The notes: generated by a model from the sequence alone, not told the origin. A stretch of 64,000 nucleotides of DNA from Candidatus Calescibacterium sp. (GCA_032249135.1 JAVVGL010000003.1:32001-96000), one strand, 5' to 3'; positions 10,220-20,936 are shown, counted from the stretch's first letter. Translations and numbers: made by a program.

Positions 10220-12163
10220 ATGGGCAAAACACAAGCTGAAAGAAAAACTATAAGTAAAATAAGGGTAAGCTGCTTAGGTCCCGTTGATAATCCCGAAAAA
10301 TATGTTCCACCAGACTGGTGGAGAAAAATCTTCAATTCAATATATCTCAAAACAGACGGTGATGTCGTAGATGATATAGAAATCACAAAAATGGAAGTAG
10401 ATCTTTTCCAAGAAGTACTACAACTCAAAGGAGATGAGAAAATATTAGACCTGTGCTGCGGTCATGGGAGACACTCACTTGAACTTGCAAGAAGAGGCTT
10501 CAAATTTGTTGAGGGTCTTGACAGGTCTCACTATCTTATTCAGAAAGCAAAAAGTCAGGCAAAAAAAGAAAATCTCCCCGTAAAATTCAGAGAAGGAGAT
10601 GCAAGAAAGCTTCCATATCCACCAGACACTTTTGATGTTGTCATGATACTCGGAAATAGCTTCGGATACTTTGAAACAGTTGAAGATGATTTGAGGGTTC
10701 TCAAAGAAGTTTTTCGTGTGCTAAAACCATGGGGAAAGATACTCATAGATGTTGCAGATGGAGAGTATCTAAAAGCAAATTTTAAAAAACAAACATGGGA
10801 GTGGATAGATAAAAAACACTTTGTTTGCAGAGAAAGAACCTTATCGTCTGATGGAACAAGACTCATAAGCAGAGAAATAGTCACACATACAGAAAAGGGA
10901 GTTATAGCAGACCAGTTCTATGCTGAAAGACTCTATACAAAAAAGGACCTTGAGGAACTTCTCATAAAAGCTGGTTTTTCTGACGTGAAATTTTTAGCAG
11001 AAGTATCACCTCTATCAAAAAGAAATCAGGACCTTGGTATGATGGAAAGAAGGATAATAGTTTCGGCTGTTGCAAAAAAAGATTGGACACCGCTGAAAAT
11101 AAAGATAAAAGACAAGATAAAAAATGTCGTAGTTTTGCTCGGAGATCACACAAAACCAGATAAACTAAAACCAAATGGAATCTTTGATGAAGACGACTTT
11201 TACACCATAGATAAACTCAGATCTGCTCTCAAAGAACTTGAAGGGTATAATTTTATCTACCTTTCAAAACACGATACCCTAATTCAAGACCTTATGAAGT
11301 TAAAAGGGAAGATAGATTATGTATTTAACTTATGTGATGAAGGATTTGAAAATGATCCTTTGAAAGAGCTTCATATACCCGCTCTTTTAGAAATGTTGCA
11401 TATTCCATATACAGGCGCAGGTCCGCGATGTCTTGCATACTGCTATGATAAATCTCTTGTGAGAGGAATAGCAAAAGAGATGGGAATACCCGTTCCGGAA
11501 GCTGTATTTATAAAACCAGAAGATACAACTTTTGAAATCCCCTTCTCTTTTCCAGTAATTGTAAAACCAAATTTTGGAGATTCAAGCTTTGGAATCACAC
11601 AAAGAAGCGTTGCTTATAATCCAGAACAACTCTTATCAGCAATATCTGAAATAAGGGAAAAATTCGGATACGATAAACCTATACTTGTTGAAGAGTTCCT
11701 TCAAGGAAAGGACCTTTCCGTCGGAATAATTGGTAATCCTCCCGAATACTATAAAGTTCTACCAATAATTGAAGAAGACTACTCTGCTCTACCACCCGAA
11801 CTCCCGAAAATATGCGGATATGAAGCAAAATGGTTACCAGACTCTCCTTACTGGAATATAAAATCTAAAAGAGCGGAATTGCCAGAAGATGTTGAAAAAT
11901 TCATAATTGAGTGCTGTCTCAAACTTTTTGAACGACTTGAATGCAGAGATTACGCAAGATTTGATTGGAGACTTGATTCCGAAGGCAACCCAAAACTTTT
12001 AGAAGTTAATCCAAATCCTGGATGGTGCTGGGACGGACACCTTGCAAAAATGTTCTACATTTCATCTTTAACATATAAAGACATGCTCAAAGCAATTTTA
12101 GAAGCGGCAGAAATAAGGCTCAAAATCTCAAACGAAGTTCACCGTGAAGCATCAAGAATTTAA
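10220..12163 (+). CDS. class I SAM methyltransferase fused to a D-Ala-D-Ala-ligase-like ATP-grasp domain
   Basis: LDLCCGHGRH, GDARKL, GNSFGYF; then PYTG, VKPNFGDSSFGI, EEFLQG, ARFDWR, LEVNPNPG. Confidence 0.88.
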   Translation: MGKTQAERKTISKIRVSCLGPVDNPEKYVPPDWWRKIFNSIYLKTDGDVVDDIEITKMEVDLFQEVLQLKGDEKILDLCCGHGRHSLELARRGFKFVEGLDRSHYLIQKAKSQAKKENLPVKFREGDARKLPYPPDTFDVVMILGNSFGYFETVEDDLRVLKEVFRVLKPWGKILIDVADGEYLKANFKKQTWEWIDKKHFVCRERTLSSDGTRLISREIVTHTEKGVIADQFYAERLYTKKDLEELLIKAGFSDVKFLAEVSPLSKRNQDLGMMERRIIVSAVAKKDWTPLKIKIKDKIKNVVVLLGDHTKPDKLKPNGIFDEDDFYTIDKLRSALKELEGYNFIYLSKHDTLIQDLMKLKGKIDYVFNLCDEGFENDPLKELHIPALLEMLHIPYTGAGPRCLAYCYDKSLVRGIAKEMGIPVPEAVFIKPEDTTFEIPFSFPVIVKPNFGDSSFGITQRSVAYNPEQLLSAISEIREKFGYDKPILVEEFLQGKDLSVGIIGNPPEYYKVLPIIEEDYSALPPELPKICGYEAKWLPDSPYWNIKSKRAELPEDVEKFIIECCLKLFERLECRDYARFDWRLDSEGNPKLLEVNPNPGWCWDGHLAKMFYISSLTYKDMLKAILEAAEIRLKISNEVHREASRI

Positions 12164-12462
12164 TTTCCCCGCATAGATATTTTCTTTCAATTTATAAATT
12201 ATAAATCTTATCTTTTTTCACAAGAGAGTCAGTAGATTGAATGTAAGATTTTGATTTTTTGAACCTTATGGTGTTTCTTAATCTGTGATTCTTCCTAAAA
12301 ATAATCAGAAATTTGCGCAGCAAAGATATGACAAAAAACAAAAGGTTTCAAAAAGTTTCAGAGAAACAGAAAAAATAAAACAATCTGAAACTAAAATCTT
12401 CAAATTGATACAGGAACGATTTTTGCTTAAAAGAAGAAAAATAAAAGAGGAGGTAAAAGGAG

Positions 12463-13206
12463 ATGGCGATAAATCCGGAAACAATAAGTTTTGTTTTGAG
12501 TGATGATGAGATAAACTTTTGGGCGGAAAGGCTTGAAGAAAAAAGTGCAGAGGAAATAATAAGGTGGGCAGTTGAAAAATTCGGAAATAAACTTGCAATA
12601 GGATGTTCTCTTGGAGCAGAGGACATGGTAATAATGGACATCGCTGTAAAAATAAAACCAGATATACCATTTTTGTTCCTTGACACAGATTTTCACTTCA
12701 AAGATACTCTTGACACACTTGAAAGAGCAAAACAGAGGTATAATGCAAACATAATTTCCATCAAATCAGAATATACACCGGAAGAGCAGGCAAAAAAATT
12801 TGGTCCTCAACTTTTCTTCACAGATCCTAACCTATGCTGCACACTAAGGAAAGTTCTACCTATGAAATCAGCTCTCTCAAATTACCATGCATGGATAACT
12901 GGAATAAGAAGAGAGCAAGCTCCAACAAGAAGAAACGCAAAAGTTGTAGAAAAAGATAAAGTATTTGGTCTGATAAAGATAAACCCACTTGTGAGATGGA
13001 CATTTGATGAGGTGTGGAATTACATAAGGAAAAATAATGTGCCATATAACAGGTTGCATGATTTAGGATATCCATCAATAGGTTGTGCACCTTGCACTCA
13101 ACCTGTAAGACCCGGTCAAGATTTAAGAGCAGGTAGATGGGCAGGAACAGGCAAAACCGAATGTGGGCTCCACTCCCCAGAAGATGTGAAAAAAATATCT
13201 GAATAG
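12463..13206 (+). CDS. cysH: APS/PAPS reductase (4Fe-4S type)
   Basis: LDTDFHF, CC..RK, GYPSIGC..CT, RAGRW, ECGLH. Confidence 0.95.
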   Translation: MAINPETISFVLSDDEINFWAERLEEKSAEEIIRWAVEKFGNKLAIGCSLGAEDMVIMDIAVKIKPDIPFLFLDTDFHFKDTLDTLERAKQRYNANIISIKSEYTPEEQAKKFGPQLFFTDPNLCCTLRKVLPMKSALSNYHAWITGIRREQAPTRRNAKVVEKDKVFGLIKINPLVRWTFDEVWNYIRKNNVPYNRLHDLGYPSIGCAPCTQPVRPGQDLRAGRWAGTGKTECGLHSPEDVKKISE

Positions 13207-13227
13207 AAAAATTCTATCTCTAAATTA

Positions 13228-13242
13228 TTATAATTATTATAA
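13228..13242. promoter_or_regulatory. possible PerR/Fur-family operator (7-1-7 inverted repeat)
   Basis: TTATAATTATTATAA immediately upstream of the ATG at 13249. Confidence 0.3.
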
Positions 13243-13248
13243 AGAATA

Positions 13249-14208
13249 ATGACAACTTTCATAATATCAGGTGCCACAGGTCTTATAGGAAGAGCACTTA
13301 TAAAAGATTTATCAGAAAAGTACGATGCAAAAATAATAGTTTTGACAAGAAACAAAGACAAAATAAGAAAGATAGATTGGCAAATTAAAGAAAAAACAAA
13401 AATAATACCTTATCTTTGGGACGAAAAAGAGAAAATAATATCAGAAGCAAAAGAAGGAGAAAACAAAATAGTGATAAATCTTGCAGGAGAAAACATAGGT
13501 CAAAGATGGACTGAAAAACTCAAAGAAAAAATAGAAGAAAGCAGAATAGAAAGCACAAGAGAAACATCTGATATTGCAGAAAAAATAAATGCAGATCTTT
13601 TCATATCAGCCTCAGCAGTTGGATACTATGGAGATAGAGGAGATGAAAATTTAGACGAAAAATCTGGACCGGGTAATCTTTTCCTCTCAAAAGTTTGCGT
13701 AAAGTGGGAAAATGAAGCTCAAAAAGCAGCAGAAAAAGGCATAAAAACAATAATAACAAGAATAGGAGTAGTTTTAAGTAAAGATGCAAAATTTATGAAA
13801 TCACTCCTTACACCCCTCTTCATAGCAAATCCCTTCGGCAAAGGAGAAAATTTTATCTCATGGATACATATAAAAGACCTTACAAGAGCCTTTTTGTTTT
13901 TGATAGAGTTAGATAAGGGAAAAAAGAATAAAGCAGGAAGAGAATGGGAAAGTACCAAAGCAAAAATCGTTAATATAACTTCTCCTCAACCTGTAAAATC
14001 AAAAGAGATAGTAAACATACTGGCAGAAATAAAAAATAAAAAGGTTGTAAATCTACCACAAAAAATATTATCTTTGATGCTCGGAAAAGACTTTGTAAGA
14101 GAAACTATAACTCCGAGCCAAAAGGTGTATCCAAAAGTTCTTATATCAGAAGGGTTCGAATTTCTTTTCCCCGATATAAAAAAAGCACTAGAGGATATAG
14201 CAAAATAA
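13249..14208 (+). CDS. TIGR01777/YfcH-family NAD-dependent epimerase
   Basis: GATGLIG, NLAGENI..RW, SASAVGYYG, SWIHI.D. Confidence 0.9.
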   Translation: MTTFIISGATGLIGRALIKDLSEKYDAKIIVLTRNKDKIRKIDWQIKEKTKIIPYLWDEKEKIISEAKEGENKIVINLAGENIGQRWTEKLKEKIEESRIESTRETSDIAEKINADLFISASAVGYYGDRGDENLDEKSGPGNLFLSKVCVKWENEAQKAAEKGIKTIITRIGVVLSKDAKFMKSLLTPLFIANPFGKGENFISWIHIKDLTRAFLFLIELDKGKKNKAGREWESTKAKIVNITSPQPVKSKEIVNILAEIKNKKVVNLPQKILSLMLGKDFVRETITPSQKVYPKVLISEGFEFLFPDIKKALEDIAK

Positions 14209-14223
14209 AAACTGAATCAATCT

Positions 14224-16767
14224 TCAAGTTTCATTTTTCTTTTTACTTTGCTTTTTTGAACTTGACTTTAGTGATTTTGATTTCCTACCTTTTTTTAAGA
14301 TATTTGAACCAAAAACAATAGAAACTGCCTCATCAAGATGCTCAACAAAATGGAATTTAAGCTTCTGCTTTACCTCATCCGGGACTTTCTCAAGGTCTTT
14401 TTGGTTCTGTTTAGGTAAAATGACTTCTTCAACACCATATCTATAAGCCGCAAGCAATTTTTCTCTTATACCTCCAACAGGTAAAATTTTACCACGCAAA
14501 GTTATCTCACCTGTCATAGCGATTGACTGTCTCACAGGAACAGAAGATAAAGCAGAAATAATGGAGATACAAATCGCAATTCCAGCAGATGGTCCATCTT
14601 TCGGAACAGCTCCTTCCGGCACATGAATGTGCAATCCCATCTTAAACTTTCGTTGATCTATTCCAAACTTTTGAGCATTAACCTTAGCGTAAGTCAAAGC
14701 AGCCCTTGCTGATTCCTTCATAACTTCTCCCAAACTTCCTGTAAGATTTATAGAACTGTCTTGAGGTACAACAGAAGTTTCAATTTTTATTATATCTCCT
14801 CCGTAGGGTGTCCATGCAAGTCCAGTTGCAACACCAATAAATTCTCCCTTTACATCTTCAAATTCAGAAAAAAGTGGAACCCCCAAAAGCTTTTCAACAT
14901 CGTTATCTTTTATTTTTATCTTATTGCCGTCTTTTTGTTCATCTAACTTGATTTCACCCAAAAGTAATTTTTTTCCTAATTTTCTCATGAGAGCTTCCAA
15001 CTTTCTTGAAAGTTCTCTCACGCCCGCCTCTCTTGTGTATTGTCTTATGACCTTGAGTATCGCAGAATCCTCAATATGGACATCATATTTTGGAAAAAGA
15101 CCAACCTCCTGAGAAATCTTTGGAATAAAATATTTTTTCGCAATATTGAGTTTGTCTATATCTGTATATCCTGGGATGAAAATGAGCTCCATTCTATCAA
15201 GCAAAGGAGCAGGGATTGTATCTATTTGATTAGCTGTGCATATGAAAAGAACTCGAGAAAGATCAAAAGGCAGAGATATATAGTGATCAACAAAAGAGTT
15301 ATTTTGTTCAGGGTCAAGAACTTCAAGTAAAGCCGAGGCAGGATCTCCTCTGAAATCAAAAGATAGCTTGTCTATTTCATCTAACATAAAAACAGGGTTT
15401 TTCGATCCAGCTTGTTTCATTCCGTTTATTATTCTTCCTGGCATGGCTCCAACATAGGTTCTTCTATGACCTCGTATTTCAGCTTCATCTCTCACACCTC
15501 CCAACGATACACGAACAAACTTTCTCTCAAGAGCACGGGCTATTGATTTTCCCAAAGATGTCTTACCCACTCCCGGTGGTCCTACAAGACAAAGTATAGC
15601 ACCTCGTGGTAATGAACCTTTGAGAGCCCCAGTAGATAAGAATTCCAAAATTCTCTCTTTCACATCTTCAAGGTTCCAGTGGTCCTCATCAAGAATTCTT
15701 TGAGCTCTTTTCAGATCAAGATTATCTTGAGTTTCCTCTGTCCAAGGTAAAGCTAAGACTTCCTGAACCCATGTCAAAATGACAGTATATTCAGGAGACT
15801 CTTTCGGTATTGAGGCGAGACGATCAATCTGCTTTAAAACCTCCTTTTTGACATTATCAGGGAGTTTTTCAGCTTTCTCTTTCAGCTCATCTATTTCAGA
15901 TTTTACACCTTCCAGTTTGTCAAGCTCCTTCTGGATTTCTTTTATTTCCTCTTGTAATATCCTGATTCTTTGAGCTTTATCTATGTTCTCCTGAACTCTT
16001 CGTGAAATCTCTGCTTGTATCTTCAATACTTCTTTCTCTCTTACAAGAATTCCTATAAGTTTTCTTATTCTTTCAGTCTGATCTAATGTCTCTATAAGTT
16101 CCTGTGCCTCGGATGGTTTTAAAGGTAAATTAGAAGCTATTATATCAGCAAGTCTTCCCGGAATATCTATATTTCGTAATATAGATATGGCTTCTGGTGG
16201 TGGTTTTATTGGTAAGAGTTCAAGGTATTCTTCAAAGATAACAAAAAGCTGTCTTGATAGAGCTTCAAGCTCTGGATTAAAAATAATTGGTTTTTTATCT
16301 TCAAATATCTGAACTTGAACTAAAAACGGTGGAATTTCTCTTACAAATTTATCTATTCTTGCTCTATAAACACCACTCAAAAGAGCTCTGACAACATTAC
16401 CATCTTTGAAAGCTCTTATAACAAATGCAACGGTTCCAAAATTTCTTATCGCTTCCTTTTGATTTTTCGCATTCTCATTTACCAAAGATGCAAAAACAAA
16501 TCTCCCAGATTGGATAGCTTGTTCAAGAGCTATTTGTGATTCAACATCGGACAGAGTTACAGGTACAACGCTTCCGGGAAATATCACGAATCCAAAAAGC
16601 TGTATAACAGGAATAGGAATATCCTTTTTAAAACTTGTAACTGGAACAGGAAAAAAAGGAGTTTTTATTTTATCTTCGCTGCCGATTTCCCCTTGCTCAG
16701 AGTTTTCTGAACTGCCTCCAACATCAAAATTTCCAGCTTCTCCAAAATCTTTGAATTCATCCCCCAT
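14224..16767 (-). CDS. lon: ATP-dependent protease Lon
   Basis: GPPGVGKTS, LDEIDK, PKDGPSAG, GGIREK; start placed at MGDEF. Confidence 0.97.
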   Translation of the reverse strand: MGDEFKDFGEAGNFDVGGSSENSEQGEIGSEDKIKTPFFPVPVTSFKKDIPIPVIQLFGFVIFPGSVVPVTLSDVESQIALEQAIQSGRFVFASLVNENAKNQKEAIRNFGTVAFVIRAFKDGNVVRALLSGVYRARIDKFVREIPPFLVQVQIFEDKKPIIFNPELEALSRQLFVIFEEYLELLPIKPPPEAISILRNIDIPGRLADIIASNLPLKPSEAQELIETLDQTERIRKLIGILVREKEVLKIQAEISRRVQENIDKAQRIRILQEEIKEIQKELDKLEGVKSEIDELKEKAEKLPDNVKKEVLKQIDRLASIPKESPEYTVILTWVQEVLALPWTEETQDNLDLKRAQRILDEDHWNLEDVKERILEFLSTGALKGSLPRGAILCLVGPPGVGKTSLGKSIARALERKFVRVSLGGVRDEAEIRGHRRTYVGAMPGRIINGMKQAGSKNPVFMLDEIDKLSFDFRGDPASALLEVLDPEQNNSFVDHYISLPFDLSRVLFICTANQIDTIPAPLLDRMELIFIPGYTDIDKLNIAKKYFIPKISQEVGLFPKYDVHIEDSAILKVIRQYTREAGVRELSRKLEALMRKLGKKLLLGEIKLDEQKDGNKIKIKDNDVEKLLGVPLFSEFEDVKGEFIGVATGLAWTPYGGDIIKIETSVVPQDSSINLTGSLGEVMKESARAALTYAKVNAQKFGIDQRKFKMGLHIHVPEGAVPKDGPSAGIAICISIISALSSVPVRQSIAMTGEITLRGKILPVGGIREKLLAAYRYGVEEVILPKQNQKDLEKVPDEVKQKLKFHFVEHLDEAVSIVFGSNILKKGRKSKSLKSSSKKQSKKKNET

Positions 16768-16798
16768 CTGAATTACAAATTCACTTTTATTTCTTAAT

Positions 16799-17923
16799 TT
16801 ATCCGCTGCCAAACGCCTTTGATTTTTTATCTTCAAAAAACCTTGAAAGTAATTTTTTAGATAAAGAAGATGAAATCTTTTCTATTTCATCATCAGAAAG
16901 ATTTGTATACTTTTTAAGATGCTCAAAAATCATGTATTCAAAATCCAATTTTAGCTGAACAAGTTCCTTTGTGTCCTCGTAAAAAGTAAGTTTCCTTTTG
17001 AGTTTCTCAATTTCTCTTTCTATAAGTTTTTCCGCCAAATCTAATTTTTCAGGGTCAATATAAAGCTGTTTTGCCGAATCAACATTAAAAAGCCAAATTT
17101 TCCCAAAATTAGAAATTTCTGGATCAACATTTCTTGGAACGGAAAAATCTATAACAAGCAATTCCTTCTGCCTACCCAAAACATATTCTTTTTTGAGTAA
17201 AAACCCTGGATGCCTTGTTGCGAAAACTGCAACATCTGCAATTTCAACCCCATCTTTTACGGAAGAAGCAAAATCTATATCACAGCTCAAAAAGTTTTTT
17301 AATCTATCTATTCTTTCTTTTGCCTTTTCCTTACTATGAGAGTAGATTATAAGCTTTTTGAAAGAGTTTGCAATTTTGAAGACATCGTGAGCAACCGCGC
17401 CGGTTCCAGCAACGAACAAAATTTTATCTTTTACATCACCAAAAATTTCAAGAGCTTTGTCTAAAACAAACGATGAAAAATTTTTGTCCTCAATATTGAC
17501 TTCATTTCTTATAATTTTTGATATTCTTAGAGCTTCTGAAATGAGCCATAACATCTCATTTCCGCACCACCCTTGCTTTTTAGCCTCAAAAAATGCGGAT
17601 TTAACCTGATTTACTATATGAGTCTCACCAAAAATCAAAGTTTTTACTCCAGATAGAACAGAAACTATATGCCCAAAAGCCTTCCACCCAGCTATCTTTT
17701 CAAAACCATCTAAATTCAAAAAATTATCTGCTGTGTAAATAAACTCAATTCTTCCACATGTTATAAGAGGTACAATACTTCCCTTAGGATTTTTTTTTAA
17801 AAATTCAGGTATTATATTTCGGTAAACATCAACTCCACACAAAATATTTTCTCTCTCTTTAAGACCATAAGAGAAAAAATTGTATGTTTCAACCTTCAAA
17901 CTTTCTATAAAACTTTGATTCAT
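16799..17923 (-). CDS. hemA: glutamyl-tRNA reductase (divergent)
   Basis: TCGRIE, GETHI..QVK, GTGA, DFSVPRNVDP; start uncertain. Confidence 0.8.
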   Translation of the reverse strand: MNQSFIESLKVETYNFFSYGLKERENILCGVDVYRNIIPEFLKKNPKGSIVPLITCGRIEFIYTADNFLNLDGFEKIAGWKAFGHIVSVLSGVKTLIFGETHIVNQVKSAFFEAKKQGWCGNEMLWLISEALRISKIIRNEVNIEDKNFSSFVLDKALEIFGDVKDKILFVAGTGAVAHDVFKIANSFKKLIIYSHSKEKAKERIDRLKNFLSCDIDFASSVKDGVEIADVAVFATRHPGFLLKKEYVLGRQKELLVIDFSVPRNVDPEISNFGKIWLFNVDSAKQLYIDPEKLDLAEKLIEREIEKLKRKLTFYEDTKELVQLKLDFEYMIFEHLKKYTNLSDDEIEKISSSLSKKLLSRFFEDKKSKAFGSG

Positions 17924-18016
17924 TTTTCCTAAACCCTTTACTTTTTCTTGTTGTTTATTAAAAGACTTTAATCTACGCAAAAAAGATTTAGCAATTACCT
18001 GAAAAATTAAGCGCAA

Positions 18017-18904
18017 TCAGAACTTCTGAACGACCTTTTCTTTGAGTAAAAAAGCAGCAGTATTGAAAACCAAAGTTATAACAAATAGAGTCAGACCGAC
18101 AGCAAAAATTGTTGCAAACTCAGGTGTTCCGTATGGGACATCTCCCAGTGCAACCTGAACTATGTACGCAGTCATAGTTTGAATTGGCTCTAATGGATTA
18201 AAAGTCAGCTGTGGCATCATTCCAGCAGCTATTGACACAACCATAGTTTCTCCTATTGCTCGAGAAATTCCGAGAATATATGCAGAAGAGATTCCAGAAA
18301 AAGAAGCAGGTAAAACAACAGTTATAGCAGTATAAAGTTTTGATGCACCAAGCGCGTACGCAGCCTCTCTTAAAGATTGCGGAACAGCTCTCATCACATC
18401 TTCACTCAAAGAAATAACATAAGGCAAAATCATAATCCCTATTGTTATCCCAGGAGAAAGCGCATTAAAACCTTGAATTTCTGGAAAAATTTTTTTGAGC
18501 AATGGAGTCAAAAAAAGCAAAGCAAAATATCCATAAACAACTGTTGGAATAGCAGCGAGAAATTCCAAGAAAGGTTTTATATATTCCCTTATTTTGTGAT
18601 GAGCAAACTCACTCAAAAAAATTGATAAAGTAAGTCCAATAGGTAAAGCCACACCTAAAGCAATAGTTGTAATCAGAAAAGTTCCAGATACCAAAGGCAA
18701 TATACCATATTTTTTCGTAGCAAAAAGAGGAGTCCATTCTCTACCGAAAAAGAACTCGCCTAAATTCACATGCCGAAAAAAAGGAATAGATTCTCTAAAA
18801 AGCACAAAAACTATAGCAAAAGTGATAAAAATAGACGATACACCAAAAAAAGTTATTATTAACCTCATCAGAAAGTCTTTGATATATCTCAAATGCTCGT
18901 GCAT
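18017..18904 (-). CDS. pstC: phosphate ABC transporter permease
   Basis: IPTVVYGYFAL, REAAYALGA, SRAIGETM. Confidence 0.93.
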   Translation of the reverse strand: MHEHLRYIKDFLMRLIITFFGVSSIFITFAIVFVLFRESIPFFRHVNLGEFFFGREWTPLFATKKYGILPLVSGTFLITTIALGVALPIGLTLSIFLSEFAHHKIREYIKPFLEFLAAIPTVVYGYFALLFLTPLLKKIFPEIQGFNALSPGITIGIMILPYVISLSEDVMRAVPQSLREAAYALGASKLYTAITVVLPASFSGISSAYILGISRAIGETMVVSIAAGMMPQLTFNPLEPIQTMTAYIVQVALGDVPYGTPEFATIFAVGLTLFVITLVFNTAAFLLKEKVVQKF

Positions 18905-18923
18905 AAATAAAATTTCATTCTAA

Positions 18924-19964
18924 TCAAACTATCACAACCTTTTCTTTTTTGAAATCATCTATAAAACCAACTACAAATACATCAGAAAAATTTTCAGTTA
19001 TTTTTTTTGCTGTTGTTTCGTCGTAAATCATCGCAAACCCAATTCCCATATTAAAAACTTTGAAAAGTTCTTTCTCTTCAACAAACTTATAAAATAAAGA
19101 AAAAATGTTGTGAGAGTAATTTTCAGAAATATTTTTTAAAACTTTCTTTTCAACAAAAGCAGATAAACCATCTGGTATAACACGCGATAAATTCCCCGGA
19201 ATTCCTCCACCTGTAATGTGAGCCGATGCTTTCGGGAACCCAAATTTTTCCACAATTTTAAAAAAATCTTTGACATAAATTTTCGTTGGAGCTAAAATCA
19301 AGTTATAAAGTTTTTCCCCACCAAAATCAGAATCAATCTTTATTTCTTTCTGAGATATGAGCTTGCGAACAAGAGAAAATCCATTTGAGTGTATCCCAGC
19401 CGAAGGAAAAGCAATAACTAAATCTCCTTTTTTGATATCGTTGATTTTTGGAAGCGAATTAGAATCAGCGAATCCTATACAAAATCCAACAAGCTCTACA
19501 CTTTTTCGTCTATAAAATCCTGGCATTTGAGCCGTTTCTCCTCCAACGAGTGAGCATCCAGATTCCTCACAAGCTTCAACAATTCCCTCAACGATACCCA
19601 AAACATCTACATCATCTAATGAATTTACACCTATATAGTCTAAGAAAAATTTAGGTTTCCCGTGCATAGCAAGAATATCATTAACATTCATCGCAACGAG
19701 GTCTTTTCCCAACCATTTTTCTTTTTTGTATTTGAGCCCAAGTAAGATTTTAGTTCCAACTCCATCACATGTCGCAAGCAAAATTTCGCCTTCTGATTTT
19801 AGAACAGCTGAAAAAGGTCCAACACCTTCAATTACACCAGAGATTAAAGTTTTTTTCGCAAGATCCTTTATTTTTGATTTAATAAAATCAGCTCTATCTA
19901 TATCAACACCGGCTGATGCGTAAGTGATTTTTCTACTTTTTACATCTCTACTTCGCTTCTTCAC
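18924..19964 (-). CDS. purM: phosphoribosylaminoimidazole synthetase
   Basis: YASAGVDI, DGVGTK, GGETAQMPG, HSNGFS, HITGGG, FNMGIG. Confidence 0.96.
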   Translation of the reverse strand: MKKRSRDVKSRKITYASAGVDIDRADFIKSKIKDLAKKTLISGVIEGVGPFSAVLKSEGEILLATCDGVGTKILLGLKYKKEKWLGKDLVAMNVNDILAMHGKPKFFLDYIGVNSLDDVDVLGIVEGIVEACEESGCSLVGGETAQMPGFYRRKSVELVGFCIGFADSNSLPKINDIKKGDLVIAFPSAGIHSNGFSLVRKLISQKEIKIDSDFGGEKLYNLILAPTKIYVKDFFKIVEKFGFPKASAHITGGGIPGNLSRVIPDGLSAFVEKKVLKNISENYSHNIFSLFYKFVEEKELFKVFNMGIGFAMIYDETTAKKITENFSDVFVVGFIDDFKKEKVVIV

Positions 19965-20003
19965 TTTTATATAGTTTGTAATTGTTGATTGAAATTGAGA
20001 AAA

Positions 20004-20315
20004 TTACATTTTTATTGAGTTCAGTATATCTGGCATAAGGACAAAAAGTATGATTGTAAATATAATCAGAGGAATTACAGCCAAAGCTATAACCCACCTA
20101 TTTTCATATTTGAGGTGCATATAAAACAAAGCAATAAGTAAAGCTTTAATTGTGCTTATTGCAAAAACAAAAGGTGGAGCATGCTTCCGATGAACAATCT
20201 GTGAAATAAAAATGGAAGCAAAAGTAAGAATAACCAAAATAAAGTAGATAGTAACATATGGGGGATGATGATGGGCTTCCTCTTTGTTCAAACTTTTTTC
20301 CTTTTCAAGCTCCAT
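20004..20315 (-). CDS. cytochrome c oxidase subunit IV (caa3-type)
   Basis: KALLIALFYMHLKYE, 3 TM helices; start after GGAGG. Confidence 0.85.
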   Translation of the reverse strand: MELEKEKSLNKEEAHHHPPYVTIYFILVILTFASIFISQIVHRKHAPPFVFAISTIKALLIALFYMHLKYENRWVIALAVIPLIIFTIILFVLMPDILNSIKM

Positions 20316-20332
20316 CTCAAACATACCTCCCT

Positions 20333-20923
20333 TTATGTAAGATAAAATAGAGGGAAAATATAAAGCCAAACTATATCTACAAAGTGCCAATATAAACCTG
20401 CATTTTCAACGGCTTCAATAACTTTCTTTTTTGTGAGAAATATCATAACACCTATTATTATCAGTGCTCCAACCAAAACATGGAGTCCGTGAAGCCCAGT
20501 TATTCCATAGTAGAACATCCAAAAAACATTCTTCGTAGGTACAAATCCATGATGAATTTCACGGGAATATTCAACAAATTTCAAACCTATAAATGTGAAT
20601 CCAGCCAAAGCTGTAAGCCCCAAGAAAAGCTGAACCTTCCCCCAATCGTGAAAAGTTGCATACTTGTGAGCCAATACAGCCGTCAAACTACCTGTAAGCA
20701 AAACGAGTGTATTTATAGAAGCAATAATAACATTTGTATGTTCAGAGTTAGCAAACCATTCAGGATAACTCAACCTGAACAAAATCCCAGATGCAACTAT
20801 ACCTCCCAAAATTACGATCTCCCCTGAAAGAAAAACCCAAAAACCAAACTTTCTAAAAGAAACAGGAATTGACTCATATTCCTCATACTCCACTTTATCT
20901 AAAACTTTTGTTTCCTCCACCAT
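20333..20923 (-). CDS. ctaE: cytochrome c oxidase subunit III
   Basis: W.FL.GE, NT.VLL.GS, TGLHGLHV, YWHFVDIVW. Confidence 0.93.
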   Translation of the reverse strand: MVEETKVLDKVEYEEYESIPVSFRKFGFWVFLSGEIVILGGIVASGILFRLSYPEWFANSEHTNVIIASINTLVLLTGSLTAVLAHKYATFHDWGKVQLFLGLTALAGFTFIGLKFVEYSREIHHGFVPTKNVFWMFYYGITGLHGLHVLVGALIIIGVMIFLTKKKVIEAVENAGLYWHFVDIVWLYIFPLFYLT

Positions 20924-20936
20924 AAATTACCTCCTT

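Noticed and set aside
9927-10253. Short ORFs between tolQ and the methyltransferase fusion (similarly 12285-12503)
   Set aside because: Low-complexity K/F-rich frames with non-ATG starts in AT-rich promoter DNA; no motifs
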